DNA of 64,000 bases from Streptosporangiaceae bacterium (GCA_030039155.1 JASHQL010000156.1:162-64161); one strand, 5' to 3'; counted from the stretch's first letter, positions 45,273 through 52,506 are shown. The notes: generated by a model from the letters alone, not told the origin. Translations and numbers: made by a program.

Positions 45273-46241
45273 TCAGACCTCGCCGTAGTACAGGGCCCGT
45301 AGCGTGTCGACCTGATCTCGGATTCTCTCGGCCGCGGCGTTCACCTTCGACTTGTTCTCCTCCTGCAGGAGCAGATGGCATGAACCGCACGGAGACCTCG
45401 CCAGAACCTCGTCATCAGGGTCGTCCCTGATGACGCCCGATTGGACGGCAAGCTGCCGCGCGCCGATGGTCCTGATCGTCTGCAACACACGACTATTACT
45501 GCGGGCATCCACCGCGTCCTTCAGCGGCGTGTTCTTCACATGCCCGAACCTGAGGTCATGGGGCCCGCGGACATACATGCTCTCGCCGCAGCAGCCGAAG
45601 ATCCCCCCGGTGCTGCGGATCATGAGCGTGGAGGCAGCAAGGCAAGGTTCGCGCTCCGGGAACATGGGGAAGACGCCGGGCTTCAGCTTGGTCGCGCGGC
45701 CAACCCGCATGACGCCGGAGAAGTGCACCCGCATGCGCTCGTCGTCGGTACCGAGGCCAAGTTCCTTGAGGATCTCCTCGAATTCCTCGCCTTCGGTATA
45801 GGTATATCGGATTACCGCGTCGATGCCGAGTTCCCTGGCCTCCTGCAGTGCGCGGCCTATGGCTCGCCTTGGAACGGCGGTTGCGTGATAGACATCGGCG
45901 CTGATGCCGAGTTTGCGCACGTCCAGGATCGAGTGCAGCACCTGCTGGCGTTCGGTGGAATCAACGGACCACGTGCCGTTGGTCGTCACCGAGTAGGCTA
46001 GGCCGAGGTCGCGGACGAGGCCGATCGCGTAGTAGAGCAGGTCTCGGACGTAGAAGACCTCGCCGCCGGTGAACCCTACTTCCGCCAGCGGATCGATCTC
46101 CTTGACCTGTTCAAGGACCGCCTTCAAGTATCCGCGGTCCAGCTTCGTCGTCACCTTTGGTGATGAGTTTGTCGAGCAATGCTGACACGCGAGATCACAA
46201 GACTCGGTCAGCTGGACCCCGACGCGGAGATTCTCGAACAT
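45273..46241 (-). CDS. radical SAM enzyme with C-terminal auxiliary-cluster-like Cys motifs (twitch/SPASM-like)
   Basis: ATG at 46241. CDLACQHC (CxxxCxxC) and GFTGGE. C-terminal Cys motifs EREPC, GIFGCCGE and SPCGSCH. Confidence 0.8.
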   Translation of the reverse strand: MFENLRVGVQLTESCDLACQHCSTNSSPKVTTKLDRGYLKAVLEQVKEIDPLAEVGFTGGEVFYVRDLLYYAIGLVRDLGLAYSVTTNGTWSVDSTERQQVLHSILDVRKLGISADVYHATAVPRRAIGRALQEARELGIDAVIRYTYTEGEEFEEILKELGLGTDDERMRVHFSGVMRVGRATKLKPGVFPMFPEREPCLAASTLMIRSTGGIFGCCGESMYVRGPHDLRFGHVKNTPLKDAVDARSNSRVLQTIRTIGARQLAVQSGVIRDDPDDEVLARSPCGSCHLLLQEENKSKVNAAAERIRDQVDTLRALYYGEV

Positions 46242-46322
46242 CGCACGATGCCTTCCGCGGTCCGATGGCAAGTGTTTTGGATCAGGTAACCCTCAGCAAG
46301 CAGTGATGTACCTGGCGCGTTC

Positions 46323-46553
46323 TTAGCTGACGTATACCGCCCCCACGCGGATCGCGGACTGGTCCATCATGTGCGCGGTGACGAGGTCCGATTCCTCGAC
46401 TTCGCTGATGTTGAGATCTCGCAGCATTGCCTTCTCGTGGTCGGTCAGTTCGAGTTCGCCCAGCGCCGCCGTCGAGTCAGCGCGGAACGCGTCGCGGAAG
46501 CTCTCGTCGGTCAGCAGCTGATTGATGACCTGCTTCACTACCTGGGATGACAC
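46323..46553 (-). CDS. candidate RiPP precursor peptide (76 aa) with LigA/NHLP-clan-like helical leader
   Basis: RBS GAGGAG 7 nt upstream of GTG at 46553. VSSQVVKQVINQLLTDESFRDAFRADSTAALGELELTDHEKAMLRDLNISEVEESDLVTAHMMDQSAIRVGAVYVS. It is the first gene of the collinear cluster, 81 nt upstream of a radical SAM gene. Confidence 0.65.
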   Translation of the reverse strand: MSSQVVKQVINQLLTDESFRDAFRADSTAALGELELTDHEKAMLRDLNISEVEESDLVTAHMMDQSAIRVGAVYVS

Positions 46554-46618
46554 AGCGGCACTCCTCGCTAGACTGGGCCGCTTGGACGAGTGAGCAGAAT
46601 TGCGGCCGCCTTCGCCGC

Positions 46619-46648
46619 AACGTACGTCGCCGTAACCGGGCAATTCAA
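46619..46648 (-). promoter_or_regulatory. candidate promoter for the precursor operon
   Basis: On the minus strand: TTGAAT (46648-46643), an 18-nt spacer, then TACGTT (46624-46619, TAnnnT type). About 65 nt upstream of the GTG. Confidence 0.25.
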
Positions 46649-46681
46649 TCGGTCAACTGGCCGGTTGCCCTGGATGGGCCA

Positions 46682-46717
46682 CCGCCAGATGTCCGCAAGT
46701 CCTAGGCCATCTGGCGG
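46682..46717. promoter_or_regulatory. inverted repeat (10-bp perfect arms, 16-nt spacer): terminator of the upstream gene or an operator
   Basis: ccgccagatg ... catctggcgg. Lies between the TOPRIM-gene stop (46794) and the precursor promoter region. Confidence 0.3.
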
Positions 46718-46793
46718 ATACCCGACCGGCTAAGTCGAAGCCCGCAAGGCACACCTGGCAATGGTGCTGAGGATCAGCCTGGCGCCCGGCTGG

Positions 46794-47456
46794 CTACCCG
46801 CGGCTGAGCAGCGCGGCGAGCGGGTGCGGCAGCCGGTCCAGGTCAAGCGCCCCGGCCAGCAGGCGCGCATACCTGCTCTTGCGCATCGCGCCGCTGCCCA
46901 TGAACCGCCGCAGCTGCGGGCCGGCCGGCCGGCCGCGCCACTGCGGCTGCCGCTGCATGCTGCGGAACGAGCCGAGGTCACCCTGCGAGTCGACGAGCGC
47001 CTCTACCTGGTCGGTGCCGATCGCCCGGATGAGCTCGTCCTCCAGGTCCTTGACGCACACGTAGAAGCCGAGCCGCTCCATCTCGGCCCGCGACTCTGGC
47101 GAGCCGAGGCCGGCGCTGGCCAGGGCACGCCTGACGACGTGCTCCTCGCCGGTGTCGCACAGCCCGGCCAGCCTGAGGCCCGCGCCGGCCGGGCCGAACT
47201 GCCGCAGGAAGCGCGTCATCCCGTGCGCTCCGCCGGCCGGCAGCACCACCAGGCGCTCCGCCTCGAGGTCACGGCCGAGGCGGGCGGCGAGCGTCTCCAC
47301 CGCGATCTGGTCGCTGACGCCCTCGACGAGGACGATCGCCTGCGCGGCCGCGGCTTTCGCCAGCGCCGCCGCCGTCGCCTCGGTCGCGGCGGCCGGTCCG
47401 TGCACGTAGCCGTCGAGCAGCCGGCTGGCCAGCTCGCGCCGGCTGGTGATATCCAT
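46794..47456 (-). CDS. stand-alone TOPRIM (OLD-nuclease C-terminal-like) domain protein
   Basis: Trimmed to ATG at 47456. IVLVEGVSDQ (Toprim Glu) and GLCDTGEE (acidic cluster). About 220 aa with no ATPase domain. Confidence 0.6.
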   Translation of the reverse strand: MDITSRRELASRLLDGYVHGPAAATEATAAALAKAAAAQAIVLVEGVSDQIAVETLAARLGRDLEAERLVVLPAGGAHGMTRFLRQFGPAGAGLRLAGLCDTGEEHVVRRALASAGLGSPESRAEMERLGFYVCVKDLEDELIRAIGTDQVEALVDSQGDLGSFRSMQRQPQWRGRPAGPQLRRFMGSGAMRKSRYARLLAGALDLDRLPHPLAALLSRG

Positions 47457-47491
47457 CGAAATCGTCCCGTTCTGGCGTCCAGCATACCGAG

Positions 47492-48331
47492 GTGACCCGG
47501 TCGCCCGGGCATGACCTGCGGCTTTACACTCGCGCTGTGACATCGCCGCAGCAACCGGCCACCGCGGCCGACCCGGAAGTAGCCGCCACCGTTCGGCTGC
47601 TGCACCGCCGTCACGGCTGGGCCGCGCTGACCGTGACCGGCTTCTTCGCGTTCGCCTTAGGCGAGGGCGCCTACTCCAGCGCGCAGTCGCAGGGCACGCC
47701 GCCGCCGACCTGGTTCCTTGGCCTGGTAATCGCGCTCGGCGCGATGTTCGCCGTCGGCATCGTCGGGTGGGCGGTGGACAGTTCGCTGCTGCGGCGCAAG
47801 CACCCAGACATCCAGGCGCAGGCCGCGCCGATCGCCGCGCGGCACCCGAGCCGGCGCCTGCACCACTTCCCGCCGCGGCACGCGCTGCTCTGGGCAGCGC
47901 GCTGGGTCGGGCTGCTGGTGCTGCTCGGCGTGGCGGTGGTCACCGTGCCCGGTGTCGTGGACGGCGTCGCGTTCCTGACCGGCGCCGATAAGACCGTCAC
48001 GTTCGATCCGGTCTCCTACCAGACGAGCTGCGGTCAGTACGGCTGCCAGACCGGCACCGACGGCATCCTGGAAACCGGCGGCGCGGGTACCAGTGTGACC
48101 TGGCCGGATATGGTGCCGCTGAACAAGCCGTTCGGGGTCCGCGAGCCGGTGTGGCGGTGGGGGCTAGGTGAGGCGCTCATCAGCGGCGACGGCATCGCCA
48201 TCGCCGCTGTCGTGATCAGCCTGGGGATCGAGGGACTGGCCGTCTGGGTGCTGGTCAGCCTGGTCAGGCTGAGCAGAAACTGGATACGCCACCGGCGTCA
48301 GCAGACGCCAGCAGCCGTTGCGGTCGGCTGA
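47492..48331 (+). CDS. hypothetical membrane protein
   Basis: Four hydrophobic helices: ALTVTGFFAFALG, FLGLVIALGAMFAVGIVGW, WVGLLVLLGVAVVTVPGVV and IAIAAVVISLGIEGLAVWVLVSL. The start is uncertain. Confidence 0.5.
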   Translation: MTRSPGHDLRLYTRAVTSPQQPATAADPEVAATVRLLHRRHGWAALTVTGFFAFALGEGAYSSAQSQGTPPPTWFLGLVIALGAMFAVGIVGWAVDSSLLRRKHPDIQAQAAPIAARHPSRRLHHFPPRHALLWAARWVGLLVLLGVAVVTVPGVVDGVAFLTGADKTVTFDPVSYQTSCGQYGCQTGTDGILETGGAGTSVTWPDMVPLNKPFGVREPVWRWGLGEALISGDGIAIAAVVISLGIEGLAVWVLVSLVRLSRNWIRHRRQQTPAAVAVG

Positions 48332-48344
48332 TTCAGCCGGACCA

Positions 48345-48620
48345 TCAGATTCCGATGTGCTTGAGCACGCCGCCGAGCACGCGCGCGCCGAGCGCGCCGG
48401 CCGCGCCGGTCACTACTGCCTTGGTAATGGTCTTGCTGTGCTCGTCGCCGAAGCCCCTGGCCGCCTGCCTAATCGAGCCGGCGGTCGAGCTGAAGCCCTC
48501 GGCGAAGGCGCCGTTGTCGGTCACGGCGTCGTAGGCGCCCTTCGTGACTCCGGCGGCAATCGCAACTGGGGTGACAGCCAGCACGCTCACATCTGCCCAG
48601 AACTCGTTCTTGTTCTCCAC
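48345..48620 (-). CDS. small hypothetical protein (about 91 aa)
   Basis: GTG at 48620 (VENKNEFWADVSV...). Gly/Ala-rich with a hydrophobic segment. Coding-like third-position bias. No family recognised. Confidence 0.4.
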   Translation of the reverse strand: MENKNEFWADVSVLAVTPVAIAAGVTKGAYDAVTDNGAFAEGFSSTAGSIRQAARGFGDEHSKTITKAVVTGAAGALGARVLGGVLKHIGI

Positions 48621-48752
48621 GTTGTCTCTTCCCTCGACTCGAGACGGTTGGCTCGCACGCGCCGTGGCCGTCGGGCGGGTGCTCACCTGAGATGATCCTG
48701 ACACGCGCCGCGCCACCGCGCGAATCGGCTTGCCGTGGCGCAGCCTGGGCGG

Positions 48753-49760
48753 CTACCAAGCGTAGTGTTCCGGAGCCGGACGGTAGCCGGGGAAGATGGT
48801 ATCCAACCGCTCGAGCACCTTGCCGTCCAGGCTCAGCGACACCGCTCGCTGCGCGTCTTCGAGCTGCCCGAGCGTGCGCGGCCCGATGATCGGCCCGGTG
48901 ACGCCGTCCTGGTGCAGCAGCCAGGCCAGCGCGACGCTGCCCGGCTGCTCGCCGATCTCCTCGCACAAGCTCTCGTACGCCTCGATCTGCTCCCGGTGCC
49001 GTTCGACGGCCTCGCGGGCCCGGTCGGCCAGCCGCCGGCGGCCGTCCCGCTGCTGCCTGAGCACGCCGCCGAGCATGCCGCCCTGCAGCGGCGACCACGG
49101 GATCACGCCGACGCCGAACGATCGCGCGGCTGGCAGCACCTCAAGCTCGATCTGCCGGGTCATCAGGTTGTAGATCGACTGCTCGCTGACCAGCCCGAAG
49201 AAGTTACGGGCCGCGGCGGTACCGCAGGCCTGCGCGATATGCCAGCCGGCGAAGTTGGACGAGCCGACATAGAGGATCTTGCCCTGGCTGACCAGTACCT
49301 CCATGGCCTGCCAGATCTCGTCCCACGGCGTGTCCCTGTCGACGTGATGCATCTGGTACACGTCGATGTAGTCGGTCCGCAGTCGGCGCAGCGAAGCCTC
49401 GCAGGCGCGCCGGATGTTCAGCGCGGACAGCCGGTCCTGGTTGGGCCAGTCACCCATCGCCCCGTACAGCTTGGTCGCCAGCACGGTACGCTCCCGGCGG
49501 CCGCCGCCAGCGGCGAACCAGTCGCCGATGATCTCCTCGGTCCAGCCGGCGTGCGACTGGTCGTTGCCCGCGACCTGGCCCGGCGGGGACTGCGCCCCGC
49601 CATACCGGTTGGCTGTGTCAAAGAAGTTGATGCCGAGCTCGTGCGCCCTGTCCATGATCGCGTGCGCGTCCGCCGGAGCGGTGAGCGGCCCGAAGTTCAT
49701 CGTGCCGAGGCACAGGCGGCTGACCCGGAGGCCGGAACGGCCAAGGTGAATGAAGTCCAT
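48753..49760 (-). CDS. aldo/keto reductase
   Basis: MDFIHLGRSGLRVSRLCLGTMNFG, DTANRYGG and YIDVYQMHH motifs. Confidence 0.85.
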   Translation of the reverse strand: MDFIHLGRSGLRVSRLCLGTMNFGPLTAPADAHAIMDRAHELGINFFDTANRYGGAQSPPGQVAGNDQSHAGWTEEIIGDWFAAGGGRRERTVLATKLYGAMGDWPNQDRLSALNIRRACEASLRRLRTDYIDVYQMHHVDRDTPWDEIWQAMEVLVSQGKILYVGSSNFAGWHIAQACGTAAARNFFGLVSEQSIYNLMTRQIELEVLPAARSFGVGVIPWSPLQGGMLGGVLRQQRDGRRRLADRAREAVERHREQIEAYESLCEEIGEQPGSVALAWLLHQDGVTGPIIGPRTLGQLEDAQRAVSLSLDGKVLERLDTIFPGYRPAPEHYAW

Positions 49761-49784
49761 GCGTCCTAGCGTCGCACGGCAGCC

Positions 49785-50075
49785 TCACGCCGATTCGATG
49801 ACCGGATACAGCTTCCGCTCCGGCGGCGCCACGGTGTGCCCGGCCAGGTACCGATCGAGCCGCGGCGCCATGATGGCAGCGGCGGCGTTGGCCTGCTCTT
49901 CCGAAGCCCACAGCACGTATATGTAGTACTGGCCGCTCTGCGCGTCGCCGAAGCAGCTAGCCGCCTGGCACCCTGGCAGCCTGCTGACATCGGGCACGAG
50001 ATCGCGGGCCAGTTCGGCGGCCACCGACTCGTTGCCGTTGTGCAGGGTGAAGCTCACCAGCCGCGCATACATCAA
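49785..50075 (-). CDS. antibiotic-biosynthesis-monooxygenase (ABM/Dabb-fold)-like small protein
   Basis: 96 aa. The YIYVLWASEEQANAA pattern is typical of ABM-domain proteins. Confidence 0.55.
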   Translation of the reverse strand: MMYARLVSFTLHNGNESVAAELARDLVPDVSRLPGCQAASCFGDAQSGQYYIYVLWASEEQANAAAAIMAPRLDRYLAGHTVAPPERKLYPVIESA

Positions 50076-50178
50076 GACCCCCCCGGTGTCTGGTGGCCAC
50101 GATGATAGCGAGCGCGGTCACCGCACCGGGACAAGCTCGCCAGCAAGCCGGCGATGACATCCATCGGCGGGCGATTCG

Positions 50179-51084
50179 TCAGCGGCGAGTCGCCGTGCCG
50201 AGGCTGACCGCGTTGGCCGACACGATCGCGGCGATCGCGATCCAGTCGGCCGGCTGCAGCGCCTGGCCGAGCACCAGCAGGCCGGTCAGCGCCGCGAACA
50301 CCGGATTCGCGCTCATGAACACGCCGAAGTACCTGGCCGAGACGCGGCGCAGCGCGAGCAGGTCGGTGACCATGGGGATGGCCGAGCACAGCAGGCCGGC
50401 CACGGCCGCGCGGCCGAGTGCGACGGCGGTGACCGGCTGGCTGGCCAGGATCCAGATGCCGGCCGGCAGGTACAGCAGCGCCGACAGCCCGGCTGCTGCC
50501 GCCGGTCCCTGCGCGCCGTCCAGCCGGGTGCCGAGCGTCCGGTTCACCAGGATGTAGCAGGCCCAGCAGGCCGCGGCCAGCACGGCGAGGGCCAGGCCCG
50601 GGTAGTCGGTGCTCGGCTGCGGCCTGGCCAGCACCAGCACGGCGGCGGCCGCGACCAGCGCGCAGCCGAGGTCGAGCAGCCTGCGGGTGGCTAGCAGCGC
50701 CACCGTCAGCGGGCCGAGAAACTCCAGCGTCACCGCCAGGCCGAGGCCGATGCGGGCAATCGCCAGGTAGAGCGACAGGTTCATCACCGCGAAGATCAGC
50801 GCGAGGGCCAGCACCGGGAGCCACTGCTGCCGGGTGAACGACCGGTACCTGGGCCGGACGGTGCCGAGCAGGATGGCGGCGGCAACCCACTGCCGGATGG
50901 CCACGACGCCTGCCGGGCCGAGCACGGGGAAGGCCAGCGCCGCGGTCGCCGCGCCGAACTGGTTGGACAGCGCGCTGGCGGTCATCAGCGCGACGCCGGT
51001 GACCCGCTCGGGACGCTGAGCCACCGCGTGGCCGGCCGCCTGGCTGGCCGGCGCTGCGCTGCGGGTGTCCGCCGAGGTGCTCAT
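50179..51084 (-). CDS. EamA/DMT-family transporter
   Basis: About 10 hydrophobic helices with two-fold EamA-like organisation. Divergent from the LysR gene. Confidence 0.8.
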   Translation of the reverse strand: MSTSADTRSAAPASQAAGHAVAQRPERVTGVALMTASALSNQFGAATAALAFPVLGPAGVVAIRQWVAAAILLGTVRPRYRSFTRQQWLPVLALALIFAVMNLSLYLAIARIGLGLAVTLEFLGPLTVALLATRRLLDLGCALVAAAAVLVLARPQPSTDYPGLALAVLAAACWACYILVNRTLGTRLDGAQGPAAAAGLSALLYLPAGIWILASQPVTAVALGRAAVAGLLCSAIPMVTDLLALRRVSARYFGVFMSANPVFAALTGLLVLGQALQPADWIAIAAIVSANAVSLGTATRR

Positions 51085-51152
51085 GGCAGCAGCATGCAGC
51101 GCGCTTATGCATACGCAAAATGCATGCGCTGTGGTATCTATACGCTGAGATT

Positions 51153-52025
51153 ATGAATGAGCTTGAGCTCAGGCACCTGCGCTGCCTGGTGGCGATCGTG
51201 GAGACCGGCAGCTTCACCGACGCGGCGATCGAGCTCGGCGTGTCGCAGGCCGCGGTGTCCAGGAACCTGCTCGCGCTCGAGCAGCTGCTCGGCGTGCGGC
51301 TGCTGCACCGCACCAGCCGCAGCGTCACGCCGACCACCGCGGGCGTGCAGGCGCTCGCGCAGGCCAGGCAGGTACTCGCCGCCGCCGACAACCTGGTCGC
51401 GGCGGCGACCACCGGGCACACCAGGCTGCGGATCGGGCACGCCTGGTCGGCGATGGGCCGGCACACCCTGGAGTTCCAGCGCCACTGGGCAGCCAGGTAC
51501 CCGGACGTGCAGCTCGAGCTGATCAGGACCAACTCGGCGACCGGCGGGCTGGCCGAGGGCCTGTGCGACATGGCGGTGCTGCGCACCGAGGCCGACGCCG
51601 GGCGGTTCGCCAGCGAAACCGTCGGCTACGAGCCGCGGTACTGCGCGCTGGCCGCCGACGACCCGTGGGCACGCAGGCGCTCGATCAGGCTGGCCGAGGT
51701 GCCGCAGCGCACGTTGCTCATTGACCGGCGGACCGGGACCACCACCCCGGAGCTGTGGCCGCAGGACGCCAGGCCGAAGATCCAGGACACCAGGGACATC
51801 GACGACTGGCTCGCCATCATCGCGGCCGGCGGTGGCATCGGCATTACGCCGGAGGGCACCACCGCCCAGTACCAGCGAGATGGCGTGGTGTTCAGGCCGC
51901 TGCGCGACGCGCCTCCCGTTCCGGTCAAGATGATCTGGCGGCGGCATGACCCGCATCCGTCGACGCACGCCGCGATCGCGCTGCTCGCCGACCTGTACCG
52001 CGGCCCGCGGCAGGTCAGACCGTGA
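51153..52025 (+). CDS. LysR-family transcriptional regulator
   Basis: ATG at 51153. LRHLRCLVAIVETGSFTDAAIELGVSQAAVSRNLLALEQLLGVRLLHR. Confidence 0.9.
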   Translation: MNELELRHLRCLVAIVETGSFTDAAIELGVSQAAVSRNLLALEQLLGVRLLHRTSRSVTPTTAGVQALAQARQVLAAADNLVAAATTGHTRLRIGHAWSAMGRHTLEFQRHWAARYPDVQLELIRTNSATGGLAEGLCDMAVLRTEADAGRFASETVGYEPRYCALAADDPWARRRSIRLAEVPQRTLLIDRRTGTTTPELWPQDARPKIQDTRDIDDWLAIIAAGGGIGITPEGTTAQYQRDGVVFRPLRDAPPVPVKMIWRRHDPHPSTHAAIALLADLYRGPRQVRP

Positions 52026-52506
52026 GCGTCAGGATGTTGACGTGCTCGTGCGGGCGGTCGAAGGAGTCGGTAAGCGTCCACCCGCACGCCTGGTAGAAGC
52101 CGACTGCCTCATCGCCGGTGGCCACCCAGAATTGCCGGTAGCCGTGCTGCGCTACGGCCCAGGCCAGCAGCGCCTGCAGCAGCAGCCGGCCGATGCCGCG
52201 GCCGCGCAGTTCCGGCCGGACGATCATGCCCATGATCCAGGGCGACACCTGCTGGCGCTCCGGCGGCTCGAACTCGCCGAGCGCGACCGCGCCGGCCGCG
52301 GCGCCGGCCCGGTCGGCGGCGACGAACGTGACCGGCAGGGCGTCGTGCCCTGCCTCCTGCGTGGTGATGTCGGTCCACTCCGCCAGGTCTGGGCTGTCCG
52401 GCCAGTTGCCCCATTCTGCCCACCGCAGGCGCGCGACCTCAGGAATCAGGCCTGGCTCATCGGCCAGCAGCCTGATCCGCACGGGATCTGATACGTCGGA
52501 CGTCAC
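52015..52506 (-). CDS. GNAT-family N-acetyltransferase
   Basis: VRPELRGRGIGRLLLQALL acetyl-CoA-binding motif. 163 aa. Confidence 0.8.
   Translation of the reverse strand: MTSDVSDPVRIRLLADEPGLIPEVARLRWAEWGNWPDSPDLAEWTDITTQEAGHDALPVTFVAADRAGAAAGAVALGEFEPPERQQVSPWIMGMIVRPELRGRGIGRLLLQALLAWAVAQHGYRQFWVATGDEAVGFYQACGWTLTDSFDRPHEHVNILTLTV

Noticed and set aside
27834-46553. Lanthipeptide, sactipeptide, thiopeptide or lasso-peptide assignment for the cluster
   Set aside because: The candidate precursor has no Cys. No LanB/LanC/LanM/LanKC, YcaO, or lasso cyclase/B-protein genes are present.
27907-46753. Flanking direct repeats (att-like) at the island edges
   Set aside because: The only similarity is short and interrupted: CGAAGC...GCAAG at 27908-27923 and 46737-46749. 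This is not distinguishable from chance, and no integrase or tRNA is nearby.
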